From: the human T2T-CHM13v2.0 reference genome, Homo sapiens
DNA length: 64,000 bases
Reading direction: 5' to 3' (one strand)
Assembly (NCBI RefSeq): GCF_009914755.1
Contig: NC_060937.1
The notes under the pieces are model-generated. The model saw only the letters and a program-made list of their open reading frames with translations. It did not search any database and was not told the origin of the DNA. This document shows, in pieces, positions 14,101 through 28,441 of the stretch. Every line of letters starts with the position of its first letter. Within the stretch, counting starts at the first letter, position 1. The position numbers were made by a program, and so were the translations under genes.

Positions 14101-15094
14101 TTGTGTCTTCTAACTTGTCTTATATAGTCAACGGCATGACGTCCAATCTGTGAATTTTTGTTGCAAAATTTGATTATTGTGGTCAACAATTTTCTGGTAA
14201 ATCCCTGCTCACTGGTCAATGATGCTGCCAAAAATGAAGGCTAAATAGATGACTCAGTTGTAGAACTCGCTCATGGAAGCTTATTCTTATGCTTTTATTC
14301 CACTTACACAAATCTACTTTACTACAAAGACATTCTTTTTTTTCACTTTTTGCATTCTTCAGTTACACAGCATGCCATATAAATCATTTTAATTAATTAG
14401 GAACAACAATTTGCCATAATCATTTATTCAATCTCATGTTTGAAGTCCTAGTGAAATAATTTTTTCTAGGTCTGACAGTATAATAGAACTTACTGGTAGT
14501 AATTCCAAAAAATAATCCTGCAGGAATTTATCTTTCCAGAAAGACCAGCATGGGAAAAGCTGTTGGAATGAGTGTGTTAGCTTTGACTTTTTTTTTTTTT
14601 TTTTTTCTTTTTTTTTTAAGTGGCTGACTCATAAATTAGGAACTTGATTCTCTCTTCCGGGCTTTGGATGGCTTCCTAATGAGCAGAAGGGCTGCTTTAT
14701 TTATTTATTTACTAACCTTTGTGGATTCAAACCCTTGATAGCACTTAACACTTTAGTTACTGTGGTTATGTTAAATTAATATTGCAAGCACACAGTGCTG
14801 GCTTGATTAGCAGGAAAATCTTTTTGCCTTATCTCCACTCAAGTATTGAACCCAGCACCAAATACATGCTCACTATTTTTTGCTAGATTATCTTGCATTT
14901 TAGCACATGGAACAAATTTGATATTGATTAAAATTGAATGTTATTAATCTACTTTATTTTCCACATCAGTTTAAAAAGAAACTGAAAAAACCATGGCTTC
15001 CAAATGCACGTGTTTTGAGAGCAGCCAAATAGTGAAAACCATATCGTATTTTCAAATATACAACACCACACTCAGTAACTTTTAATTTTTTAAT

Positions 15095-15342
15095 TTAATT
15101 TAATTTTTTAGAGACAGGATCTCACTCTGTTGCCCAGGCTAGAATTCAGTGGCTCGATGATAGCTTATAGCTTTATACCCCTGGGATCAAGTGATCCTCC
15201 TTCCTCAACCTCCTGTGTAGCTAGGACTACAGGCACATGCCCTCATGCCTGGCTAATTTTTTTTTTTTTTTTTTTTGTAGAGATGGGAGTCTTACCATGA
15301 TGCCAATGCTGGTCTCAAACTCCTGGCCTCAAGCCATCCTCC
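15095..15342 (-). mobile_element. AluJ-type SINE, 5'-truncated
   Basis: gagacaggatctcactctgttgcccaggct...gatagct...cctggcctcaagccatcctcc, then breaks off. Confidence 0.85.
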
Positions 15343-15833
15343 AGGAATTTTTTTAAAATCAGAATTTGAATTAATTTATTCTTTGTACAATATGAATGTT
15401 TACTCTTAGATACATACTTATCTAGTGTCTCTAAAATTGAGGATTTTCTTTTGATATGCATGGCAGAATATTTTGTGTGCTTTAGGATAACTATGGTGGA
15501 CTTGATGGTAGATATTGGTTTTACTTAGCGGGTACCAATGGAGACGTAAAGGAAGGAAAGTGACTTGTCCAATGTTACAAAAAATTGTACCAATGGAGCT
15601 AAAGGACAACTGGAACTTATATTGCCAAAGCATTGTTAAATGAACACACACTTGTGATCTCATATTTTCTGCACTAATATATCTGCTTTGCCAAAGTAGC
15701 AAGAAAATAAGGTAATCATTTGTGGCTTTCACAGGCCTTCAGGCAAATGCAATACAATGAAAATTACACTCAGCGTATATAGTCAGTCCAGTCTTCCTGG
15801 TAGTCAACTTAGGTGGTCACATGTGTTGTGTGA

Positions 15834-16299
<466 letters not shown>

Positions 16300-16371
16300 T
16301 GATTAATTTTACTTCTCCCCAGCTCTCAGTTTAGATGCTCTTTCCTTAGATCTTCTCTAATGCCCTGTGAC

Positions 16372-17624
16372 TATCAGCAAAACATGATTTTTACATTTTT
16401 AAATGGTTGAAAAGAATCAGAAGGAAAAGATTTTATGATATACGCAAAGTACAGTCATGCATCTCTTAACGATAAGAATATATTCTGAGAAATGCATCAT
16501 TAGGTGATCTCACCATTGAGCAAACATTGGGGTGTGTACTTACATAAACTTAGATGGGACAGCCTCCTACACACCTAGACTACAAACCTGTACAGTATGT
16601 TATTGTACTAAATACTATAGGCAACCATAATATAGTAAGTATTTATGTATCTAAACATAAGAGAGGTCAGTAAAAATACAGCATAAAAGGTAAAAGATAA
16701 TACACCTATATAGGACACTTACTGGGAATGGAGCTTGCAGAACTGGAAGGTGCTCTGGGTGAGTCAGTGAGTGGTGAGCGAATGTGAAGGCCTAGGACAT
16801 TACTGTACACTATGATAGACTTTATACACACTGTATACAGAAACTACACTAAATTTATACAAAAGTATTTTTCTTTCTTCAATAATAATTGACCTTAGCT
16901 TACTATAACTATTTTATTTTATAAACTTTTTAATCTTAACTTATTGATTCTTTTGTAATAACACTTAGCTTAAAATGCAAACACATTGCACTGCTGAACA
17001 AGAATAGTTTTATTCTTTATATCCCTTTTCTATAAGCGTTTTTCTATTTTTAACTTTTTAAGGCTTTTGTTAAAAACTATGACACAAACACATACATTAG
17101 CCTAGGCCTGCCCAGGGTCAGGATCATCACTGTGACTGCCTTCCACTTCTACATCTTGCTCCACTAAAGGCCTTCAGAGACGATAATACGCATGGAGCTG
17201 TCATCTCCTATGATAACTATGCCTTCCTCTGGAATACCTTCTCCTGAACGACCTGCTTGGGACTGTTTACAGTTAACTTTTAAAATAAGTAGAAGGAATA
17301 GACTATAAAATAAATTTTAAAAGTATGGTAAACACTGGGTGATAAGAATTTTTGAACTTCGTTATAATCTTATGAGATCGCTGTTGTATAATACAGTCCC
17401 TTGTTGACCCAAACATTGTTATTCGGTGGGAAACTGTATAGGAAATTCAAAGCTCAGTGTCCATAAAGTTTTATTGGAACATGCCAATTGTTTAAACATT
17501 GTCTATGAGTGCTTTCAAAATATGAAGGTAGAGTTGAGTAGTTGTCATAGTCTATGTGGCACCAAAGCCTACGATATTTACTATCCAGCCTTTTATGGAA
17601 AGAAAGTCTAGTTTGCTGACCCCT
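16372..17624 (+). mobile_element. MER58B-like hAT DNA transposon relic, split by a Tigger3 insertion
   Basis: Left part tttttacatttttaaatggttgaaaag (16387-); right part gaaattcaaa...cagtgtccataaagttttattggaaca...tttgctgacccct (17442-17624). Confidence 0.7.
16452..17436 (+). mobile_element. Tigger3b-like (MER7) TcMar DNA transposon
   Basis: Starts TA|cagtcatgcatctcttaacg...ttctgagaaatgcatcattagg and ends gttgacccaaacattgttattcggtgggaaactg|TA (degenerate TIRs, TA TSD). Confidence 0.85.
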
Positions 17625-18295
17625 CTCCTAGACTTTTTGATCAAGTAAATGGAGACCTTTAAGTGTCCATACCACCTTGTGATGGCTAAATGTGTGTCTT
17701 CTCTAATGGAGTTAGAGCTTCATGGTGCAAGCCTATCTTTTGCAGCCTATCTTTTCCAGCACCTACAAGAAAATGCCAGGGTGTAGAGTAAGCCTTCAAT
17801 AATGAAATATCAAATGTATTAACCCTTTCAAAAGATGTCTTATTTTATAACTGATTTTTAAAATAGTAATATTATAGTGATATATTACTTTCTCTATAGG
17901 TTTTTTGTTTGTTTGTTTTTACTTTAAGTTCTGGGATACTTGTGCAGAACATGCAGGTTTGTTACATAGGTATATGTGTGCCACGATGGTTTGTTGGACC
18001 TATCAACTTGTCACCTAGGTTTTAAGCCCCTTATGCATAAGCTATTTGTCCTGATGCTCCCCTGCCCCTCATCCCCACCCCGACAGGCCCCAGTGTGTGT
18101 CGTTCCCCTTCTTGTGTCCATGTGTTCTCATTGTTCACCTCCCACTTATGACTGAGAACATGTGGTGTTTGGTTTCCTGTTTCTGTGCTAGTTTGCTGAG
18201 GATGATGGCTTCCAGTTCCATCCATGTTCCTGCAAAGGACATGATCTCATTCCTTTTTATGGCTGCACAGTATCCCATGGTGTATACGTAACACA

Positions 18296-18662
<367 letters not shown>

Positions 18663-18699
18663 TGAAGAGTGTTGCAATAAACATACGTGTACATATATC

Positions 18700-21600
18700 T
18701 TTATAATAGAATGATTTCTATTCCTTTGGGTAACCAGTAATGGGATTTCTGGGTCAAATGGTATTTCTGGTTCTAGATCCTTGAGAAATTGCCACACTGT
18801 CTTCCACAATGATTACACTAATTTACATTCCCACTAAGAAAGTAAAAGTGTTCCTGTTTTTCCACAGCCTTACCAGTATCTGTTGTTTCTTGACTTTTTA
18901 ATAATCGCCATTCTGACTAGTGTGAGCTGGTATTTCACTGTGGGATCTGATTTGCATTTCTCTAACAATCAGTAATGTTGAGCATTCTTTCATATGTTTG
19001 TTGGCCACATAAATGTCTTCTTTTGAGAAGTGTCTGCTTATATCCTTTGCCCACTTTTCGATGGGGTTGTTTTATTCCTATAAATTTGTTTAAGTTCCTT
19101 GTAAATTCTGGATATTAGACCTTTGCCAAAGAGGTAGATTGTAAAAATTTTCTCCCATTCTGTAGGTTGCCTGTTTACTCTGATGATAGTTTCTTTTGCT
19201 GTGCAGAAACTCTTCAGTTTAATTAGATCCCATTTGTCAATTTTAGCTTTTGTTGCAATTGCTTTTGGCAATTTCATCATAAAATCTTTGCCCGTGCCTA
19301 TGTCCTGAATGGTATTGCCAAGGTTTTCTTGTAGGGTTTTTATAGTTTGGGGCTTTACATTTGAGTCTTTAATGCATCTTGTGTTAATTTTGTAAAAGGT
19401 GTAAGGAGGGGTTCCAGTTTCAGTTTCCTGCTCATGACTACCAGTTTTCTTAGCACCATTTATTAAATAGGAAATCCTTTCCCCATTGCTTGTTTTTGTC
19501 CAGTTGTCCAAGATCAGATGGTTGTAGATGTGTGGTCTTATTTCATTTCTGAGGTCTCTATTCTTTTCCATTGGTCTATATGTCTGTTTTGATACCAGTA
19601 CCATGCTGTTTTGGTTACTGTACCTTATAGTATAGTTTGAAGTCAGGTAGCGTGATGCCTCCAGCTTTGTTCTTTTTGCTTAGGATTGTCTTGGCTATGT
19701 GGGCTCTTTTTTGGTTCCATATGAATTTTAAAGTAGTTTTTTCTAATTCTCTGAAGAAAGTCAATGTTAGTTTGATGGGAATAGCATTGAATCTATGAAT
19801 TACTTTGGGTAGCATAGCCATCTTCACGATATTAATTCTTCCTATCCATAAGTATGGGATGTTTTTCCATTTGTTCGTATCCTGTCTTATTTCCTTGAGT
19901 CTGTGGTTCTCCTTGAAAAGGTCCTTAACATCCTTTGTTGGCTGTATTCCTAGGTATTTTATTCTCTTTGTAGCAATTGTGAATGAAAGTTCATTCATGA
20001 TTTGGCTCTCTGATTGTCTATTGTTGGTGTATAGGAATGCTTGTCATTTTTGCACATCGATTTTGTATCCTGAGATTTGCTGAAGTTATCAGCTTAAGGA
20101 GTTTTGGGGTTGAGATGATGGGGTTTTCTAAATAGACAATCATGTCATCTGCAAACAGAGACAATTTGACTTCCTCTCTTCCTATTTGAATACCCTTTAT
20201 TACTTTCTATTGCCTGATTTCCCTGGCCAGAACTTCCAATACTAAGTTGAGTAGGAGAGATGAGAGAGGGCATCCTTGTCTTGTGCCAGTTTTCAAAGGG
20301 AATTCTTCCAGTTTTTGCCCATTCAGTATGATATTGGCTGTGGTTTTGCCATAAATAGCTCTTATTATTTTGAGATATGGTCCATCAATACCTAGATTAT
20401 TGAGAGTTTTTCACATGAAGGGATGTTGAATTTTATTGAAGGCCTTTTCTTCATCTATTATCATGTGGTTTTTGTCATTGGTTCTGTTTATATGATGGAT
20501 TACGTGTATTGATTTATGTATGCTGAACAAGCCTTGCATCCCAGGGATGAAGCCAACTTGATTGCTGTGGATAAGCTTTTTGATGTGCTGCTAGATTCAG
20601 TTTGCCAGTATTTTTTTTTTTTTTTTGAGGATTTTTGCATCAATGTTCATCAGGGATATTGGCCTGAACTTTTCTTTTTTTGTTGTGTCTCTGCCAGGTC
20701 TTGGTGTCAGGATGATGCTGGCCTATAAAATGATTTAGGGAGTATTCCCTCCTTTTCAATTGTTTGAAATAGTTTCTGAAGGAATGGTACCAGCTGCTCT
20801 TTGTACATCTGGTAGAATTTGGCATGAATTCATCTGTCCTGGGATTTTTTTGGTTGGTAGGCTATTTGTTACTGCCTCAGTTTCAGAACTTGTTATTGGT
20901 CTATTCAGGGATTTGATTTCTCCCAGGTTTAGTCTTGGGAGGGTGTATGTGTCCAAGAATTTATCCATTTCTTCTAGATTTTCTAGTTTGTTTGCATAGA
21001 GGTGTTTATAGTATTCTCTAATGGTAGTTTGTATTTCTGTAGAGTCAATGGTGATATCCCCTTTATCATTTTTTATTGTGTCTATTTGATTCTTCTCTCT
21101 TTTCTTCTTTATTAGTCTGGCTAGCATCTATCTATTTTATTATTTTTTTCAAAAAACCATCTCCAGAATTCATTGATTTCTTTGAAGGGATTTTGTGTCT
21201 CTATCTCCTTCAGTTCTACTCTGATTTTAGTGATTTCTTGTCTTCTGCTAGCTTTTGGGTTTTGTTTGCTCTTGCTTCTCTAGTTCTTTTAATCGTGATG
21301 TTAGGGTGACAATTTGAGATCTTTCTAGCTTTCTGATGTGGGCATTTAGTGCTACCAGTTTCCTTCTTAACACTGCTTTAGCTGCATCCCAGAGATTCTG
21401 GTATATTGCCTCTTTTTTCTCACTGGTTTCAAGGAACTTCTTGATTTCTGCCTTAATTTCATTATTTACCCCATAGTCATTCAGGGGCAGGTTGTTCAAT
21501 TTCCATGTAGTTGTGTGGTTTTGAGTGAGTTTCTTAATCCTGGGTCTAATTTGATTGCACTGTGGTCTGAGAGGCTGTTCATTATTATTTCAGTTATTTT

Positions 21601-22400
21601 GCATTTGCTGAGGAGTGTTTTACTCCTAGTTATGTGGTCAATTTTAGAGTAAGTTCTATATGGCACTGAGAAGAAAGTATATTCTGTTGTTTTGGGGTGG
21701 AGGGTTCTGTAGATATTTATTAGGTTCATTTTATCCAGAGACTAGTTCAAGTCCTGAATATCCTTTCTGTGTCATTGATTTGTCTAATATTGATAGTGGG
21801 GTGTTAGTCTCCCAATATTATTGTGGGGAGTCTAAGTCTCTTTGTTGATCTCTAAGAACTTGTTTTATGAATCTGGGTGGTCCTGTATTGGGTGCATATA
21901 TATTTAGGATAGTTAGCTCTTCTTGTTGAATTGATCCTTTAATCATTACGTATTGCCCTTCTTTGTCTTTTTTCATCTTTGTTGGCTTAAAGTCTGTTTT
22001 GTCAGAGTCTAGGATTGCAAACCCTGCTTTCTTCTGCTTTCCATTTGCTTGGTAAATCTTCCATCCCTTTATTTTGAGCTTGTGTGTCTTTGCACATGAG
22101 ATTGGTCTCTTGAATATAGCACACTGATGGGTCTTGACTCTTTATTCAATTTGCCTGTCTGTGTCTTTTAATTGGAGCATTTAGCCCATTTACATTTAAG
22201 GTTAGTATTGTTATGTGTGAATTTGATCCTGTTATCACAATGTTAGCTGGTTATTTTGCACACTAGTTGATGCTGTTTCTTCATAGCATCATTAGTCTTC
22301 ATATTTTCATGTGTTTTGCAGTAGCTGGTACCAGTTTTTCCTTTCCATATTTAGTGCTTCCTTCGGGAGCTCTTGCAAGGCGCCCTGGTGGTGACAAATT
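18700..22400 (-). pseudogene. Disrupted L1 ORF2p (endonuclease/reverse transcriptase) coding remnant; boundaries approximate
   Basis: ORFs 21496-21729, 21248-21499, 20756-21127, 19615-19998 and 19038-19604 each match ORF2p segments in different frames. Confidence 0.85.
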
Positions 22401-22482
22401 TCCTCAGCATTTGCTTGTCTGTAAAGGATTTTATTTCTCCTTCACTTATGAAGCTTAGTTTGGCTGGATATGAAATTCTGGG

Positions 22483-23435
22483 TTAAAAATTCTTTTCTTT
22501 AAGAATGTTGAATATTGGTCCCCACTCTCTTCTGGCTTGTAGGGTTTTTGCTGAGAGATCCGCTGTTAGTCTGATGGGCTTCCCTTTGTAGGTAACCTGG
22601 CCTTTTTCTGTAGCTGCCCTTGATACTTTTTCCTTCATTTCAACCTTGGAGAATCTGATGATTATGTGTCTTGGGGTTGATCTTCTCATGGAGTACCTTA
22701 GTGGGGTTCTCTGTATTTCCTGAATTTGAATGTTGGCCTGTCTTGCTAGGTTGGGGAAGTTCTCTTGGATAATATCCTGAAGTGTGTTTTCCAAGCTGGT
22801 TCCATCCTCCCATCTCTTTTAGGTACTCCAATCCATCATAGGTTCAGTCTTTTTACATAGTCCCATATTTCTCAGAGGTTCTGTTCATTCCTTTTCATTC
22901 TTTTTTTGCTAATCTTGTCTGCCTACCTTATTTCAGCAAGATAGTCTTCCATCTCTGATATTCTTTCTTCTGCTTGATCAATTTGGCTATTGATACTTGT
23001 GTATGCTTCTCAAAGTTCTCATGCTGCATTTTTCAGCCCCATCAGGTCATTTATGTTCCTCCCTAAACTGGTTATTCTAGTTAGCAGCTCCTCTAATCTT
23101 TTGTCAAGGTTCTTAGCTTCTTTGCAGTAGGTTAGAACATGCTCCTTTAGCTCAGTGAGGTTTTTTGTTACCCACCTTCTGAAACCTACTTCTGTCAATT
23201 CGTCTATCTCATCCTCCATCCAGTTCTGTGCCCTTGCTGGAGAGGTGTCACGGTCATTTGGAGGAGAAGAGGCACTCTGGCCTTTTGGGTTTTCAGCATT
23301 TTTCTCTGATTCTTTCTCATCTTCATGAGTTTGTCTAGTTTCAATCTTTGAGGCTGCTGACCCATGGATGAAGTTTTTGTTAGGACTTTTTTTGTTGATG
23401 CTGTTGTTGTTGCTTTCTGTTTGTTTTTCTTTCAA
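22483..23435 (-). pseudogene. Disrupted L1 ORF1p coding remnant
   Basis: ORFs 23019-23435 and 22483-22794 translate to recognisable ORF1p segments broken by stops and frameshifts. Confidence 0.85.
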
Positions 23436-24531
23436 TACTCAGGTCCCTCTTCTGTAAGACTGCTGCTGCTTGCTGGGGGTTCACTTCAGGCCCTAATTAT
23501 CTGGTTTGCTCCTGCCTCTGGAGATGTTACTCAAGGAGGCTGGAGCACAGCAAAGATGAGTGCCTCCTCCTTTCTCTGGGATCTCTGACCTCAAGGGGCA
23601 CCAACCTGATGCCGGTAAGAACACGCCTGTATAGGGTGTCTGACAACCCCTATTATGGGGGTTTCACCCAGTCGGGTGGCACAGGAAGCAGGATCCATTT
23701 AACAAGGCACTTTGGCTGTCCTATGGTGGAGGGGGTGCACTGCGCTGGGGAAACCCACTTGTCTGGGCTGCCCGGACTCCTCAGAGCTAGCAGGAGGAAA
23801 GAGTAAGTCTGTTGGCTCACCGAGACTACGGCTACCTCTCCCTCTAGGAACTCATGCCCAGGGAGATGAGAGTTCTGTCCCTGAGCCCCCGGCTGGAGTT
23901 CAAGTTCCTGCACGGAGGCCACGCAGCTGAAGTATTGGCTGCCACTCATCCTCCGAGAATCTTACACAGCCACAGCAGTGATTATGACCGCCCCTCCCCC
24001 TGGAAATGTGGCAGACTTAGGCCGATTCTAGTCGAGTGGGTGTTGAAAATCTATGTGGCTCCATGGTTGGGGCCCAAGGTCCCGGTGTCATGGTCTCCTG
24101 AGTGGGATCTTCTGATCTGTTGGTTGCACAGTTCCATGGGAAAAGCACGGTTTCCCAGGCTGGGTAGCACGCTCAGTCACTGCCTCCCTTGGCTGGGGGT
24201 GGGGGCTCCCCTACTCCTGTGGCTCTCAGGTGGGCCGCTGCACCACACTACTCTTCCTCTCGGTAGGTCATGTCAGCCACCTAGTCAGTCCTAATGACAG
24301 AACCTGGATACCTCGGTTGCTAGCGCAGGATTCACATGCTGTTTTGGATCTTTTGGATGGAAGCCTTCAATCACAACTGCTTCTAGTCGGCCATCTTGGC
24401 CCCTGCCCCTCAGGTTAATGTTATTTTGCAAGTTTACTCTTCCTTTTCTAAAACAAACACAAAACCAACACAAAGAAATATAAATAAGAAAGCAGGTGGT
24501 GATTAAGAATGAACCATTACCTAAGAATGAA

Positions 24532-24590
24532 TCTATTTCATTTCTTATCAATGATCAAGTAAACAGATCATTGATAAGAAATGAAATAGA
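24532..24590. repeat. Perfect 25-bp inverted repeat with 9-nt loop
   Basis: tctatttcatttcttatcaatgatc - aagtaaaca - gatcattgataagaaatgaaataga. Confidence 0.95.
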
Positions 24591-24919
24591 GTTTTATTAG
24601 GTAATAAATCCTAATAAAGAGTTATCATTAGGTCTAGAATTTCCTTTTTCCATTTATTTTAATCATCACTATTTGAGTATTGAAGAAAGAACTAGAGCTT
24701 AGTGTTAGAATTTATTTCTTGCTATTTGGGGAAGTCTTCTAATAATAGCATTGTTTTAGTCCTTAATAGCCATGGAGACTGCAACTTTTTTAGATTTATG
24801 GCATTGTTGTTAAGATAAACATGGAAAAATTTGCATGTGTTCTGTAACTAACTTGTAGAGATGGTTGTGGCCAAAAACTATGAAACCTAAGGTGACAGAG
24901 ACCTAGCAAACTAAGGACT

Positions 24920-25001
24920 CAGCCTGGATGGCTTAAACAGCAGAAATATATTTTCTCACAGTTCTTTAGACTAGACATCTGAGATCAAAGTGTTGGCAAG
25001 G
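24920..25001 (-). mobile_element. MaLR (MLT1/MST) LTR fragment
   Basis: tggcttaaacagcagaaatatattttctcacagttct...tctgagatcaaagtgttggca. Confidence 0.6.
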
Positions 25002-25279
25002 CAGATATTTTGCCCCGGTTTATTCAGCCCTTTATTTATTATAACATATTTATATGTGAGATGTCTCTAAACTGGTGATAGATTTACTGAATAACTGCCC
25101 ACACTGGTTCCTTATTCCTATTGGAATTAGCCCTTTGTATTTTTCCTAGAGGATGACTTCTGTCCTTTTCTCACTGGTTTTCAGTCCCTTGTGGTTCAAG
25201 TTGGGCTTAAGTGATCTGGGGGCTCAGCCTGAATTTGACTAAAAATACTGTAGTATAAACTCAGAACAGTCTGAAAAAT

Positions 25280-25590
25280 TTCTTTCTTTCTTTCTTTCCT
25301 TCTTTCTTTCTTTCTTTCTTTTTCTTTCTTTTTTTTTTTTATAGGATCTTGCTCTGTTGCCCAGGCTGGATGCAGAGGCATGATCATATTTCACTGCAGC
25401 CTCAACCTCCCAGACTCAAGCAATCTTCCCACCTCAGCCTCCTGAGTAATTAGAACCACAGGCATGCACTATCATGCCCAGTTGAATTTTTATTATTATT
25501 TTTTTGCAGGGACAGGGGTCTTGCTATGTTGCCCAAGCTGATCTTGAACTCCTGGGTTCAAGTGATCCTCTCGCCTTGACCTCCCAGAGT
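25280..25590 (-). mobile_element. AluJ-type SINE with (TTTC)n tail, 5'-truncated
   Basis: (TTTC)n/poly-T followed by ggatcttgctctgttgcccaggctgg...cactgcagcctcaacctccc. Confidence 0.85.
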
Positions 25591-27564
25591 TGTGTGATTT
25601 ATCTCGCCAGGTCACTAATCTTCAATCTACTAGAATTGCCTCTTGGGCTGCCTTTAAGTTTACATGGATATCTAGAAGTTAACCTTCAAGTTTCTCATAG
25701 TTTGCAATTATTTTTTAAATGGCATAACTAAACTTCAAACCTGTATCTAAATACTTTGTGTTTTCAAGACCTTGAAATTTTAAAGTTTTTTTTTCTGTCT
25801 ACCTCCTTTCTCAACCACACACACACACACAGAGCCCCTCTATGTTTCCCCTCTCTCTTTCTGTTTCAATCTCTCTTCTCAGTTTGGAGACCCTAAAATA
25901 GTTTGTAGAGAGAGAAATTCTGAAGTGCAGATATTTTAGCAGGCCTCTATGATTGACATATCTCTCATTACATTCAGAACCCACCCACCAGTGTGTCACT
26001 GATCCAATTTTGTTTTCTGCTTCCCTCATTTCTGTTCTCTTGCTCTTCAGTCTTATTTTTAAAATGCTTTTTAAAAGAACTCATATTTCTTATTTCAGAC
26101 AATTGCTATTTCACTTACTGACTCCAATATGTAATTAAAATAAATAAAGAGAAAAATAAACGTCCTCACAAGCCTGTGTAGGATAGAGACCAGTATTAGA
26201 ATGTTGGAAATTGATGGGGTGAAGGGTTAGAGGTGGGGTTTGAGCTCTGTTTGATTTTACCTTTTTATTTTCATAAGAGTGATCTGACTTAAATACAACA
26301 ATATATGATATTACTTAAATTTATGTGCCTACTATATCTTCACTTTCTCTATATTTGAGATCTTCAGAGTAGGAGAGTTCGGTTGTCTTCTCCATTCTGT
26401 TTCCTTGACTTGGAGCGTCTCTAAAAACTTATCCATCTATATTGGCAACTGGAGCACCATTCAGTGTTGCTACTGGACTGAATGAGTGGCCAGTCTGTTT
26501 GGGCTTTCCTGCAACTTGCACTTTTTTTTTTCCTTTTGGTCATCAATAATTCTGCCAATTATAACGTTTTGTTTTTTAAATAGAGAGTGATGAATTTACC
26601 AGCAGGAACCTGGTGGTATTCGTGAAGGCAAACATGAGGATGAGGCAATTATGTTTTATAGAGTCAAGACTGGCCACCAACAGTTATCTTCAGTTCTTAG
26701 GGTGAATCATGAAGTTTTTCTAACATTGATTCAAGAATAAATTTGATTTGTTACACAATATTTGAAGTGCAAACTGCTAGCATGAAGTTCATTCCACAAA
26801 AAAGAAAAAAAAAAAAACATTTCTCACTCCAGCTACCTACAGAAACCCTGTCTTTGTGGCTTTAAATGGAACTTTCCTTGCAGTCTTTGGTTTTTTCCCC
26901 CTGTTCTTTGACATTCCACTCTCAATGGCCCTCCATGGAGGTTATTTTACATAATACCTCTCTTCTTCCCTAATGGCTATGATTATTTTTGCCTTAATAT
27001 ATGGCTGCAATTTGTTGCTAACTTATTTATACCCAAAGAACAAGAAATCTGTGAATATGATGTCAATAATTAAAGAAGAGGTTTCTTTTTCAGATTTTTA
27101 CTTTAATAAATCAGGCATCTAGTTGATTAGCAGACGACTGGTTGAAAATTGCTCTAGGCTTTACAACTTGGGTTTAGTACACTAAACTTTAACTGGCTGG
27201 TTTTTTTTTATTATTATTTCATAATTCTGGGTAGATAGTAGGTACCCATTAAATATTGGTTAAGTGATAGATACAATTTCATAAATGTATGTATTCCTTT
27301 CTAAGCAATCACTGATATTTCTTTAACTTTTTGACTAAGATTATGTTGAACATAAATGTCATCTAAGTATGTTTTACATATAAAATTTAATTTTAAATTT
27401 CTTCTATATTCAAAGTTTCAAATATGATTAAAACAGAAGTACTAATAGAAAGCAAACAAAATCTCAAAATAGAATTTAAAATTTTGTTCATGAATAATTT
27501 TAAGTTGTATAAATGTCATACTAAGTGTTAAAAATCAACGAGTAATCATGTAGTATTTACTTAC

Positions 27565-27598
27565 CTGGAAGTTTTCAATTATTATTTCAATGGTTGTT
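27565..27598 (-). other. Candidate 34-nt micro-exon on the minus strand
   Basis: cttttcttttAG|AACAACCATTGAAATAATAATTGAAAACTTCCAG|GTAAGT: perfect consensus donor plus pyrimidine-rich acceptor. Confidence 0.45.
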
Positions 27599-28089
27599 CT
27601 AAAAGAAAAGTTTCTTTTTATTGGGAAATCCGAAGATAAAATATGAAGAAAATGTGTACTTTTAAATAGCTTTTTTTGAGGAAGCATAAAATAAAAAACT
27701 CATACAGATTTCATAATTGCATTTTAATATATATCCCCAGCTGGGATTAAATGTTATATTCTCTGAATCAGTCCCCTTGGGATTCAGGCAATAGAAATTA
27801 CAGTAAAGACTTTAATTTTCTTTTCTTTTAATGGAGCATGGGATGTGGAAATTGAAATAAAAGCTTTCCTTCAAAACCCTTGAAGCATGAAGCTATAATA
27901 GAATCCGATCTTACTTACTGAAGACTGTCTCAATGCCGATTTATAGGAGATTACATTCATTCACTTTACAAAATTATGACTTTAATGAGCTTGAGCTTTT
28001 CAAGAACTTTTTAAAATCTATGTCTATTTGAATGGAAAACTTGTCACATAATTGCTATTTCACTATGTAGCTTCTTAACATTCTTAGTG

Positions 28090-28441
28090 CAGGTTGAATA
28101 TTCCTTATCTGAAATGCTTGGGACCAGAATTGTTTGCGATTTTTGATATTTTTCAGATTTTTAAATATTTGCATGTACATAATGAGATAACTTGGGGATG
28201 GTACCCAAATTGAACTACAAAAAGCATTTATGTTTCATATATATCTCACACGTATAGCCTGAAGGTTATTTTACATAGTACTTTCAACAATTTTGTGCGT
28301 GAAACAAAGCTTTGACTGCATTTTGACCATGACTTGTCCAGAGGTAAGGTGTGGAATTTTCCACTTGTGGCATCATGTTGAACTCAAAAAGCTTTCCATT
28401 TTTAAGTATTTTAGATTTTCAGATTAGGGATGCTCAACCTG
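28090..28441 (+). mobile_element. Tigger4b (MER46/Zombi)-like DNA transposon
   Basis: TIRs caggttgaatattcctt...agggatgctcaacctg; internal tctgaaatgcttgggaccagaa; about 350 bp. Confidence 0.85.

Noticed and set aside
19038-23435. Longest ORFs (100-190 aa) as a protein-coding gene
   Set aside because: All are frameshifted fragments of L1 ORF1p/ORF2p in a dead element.
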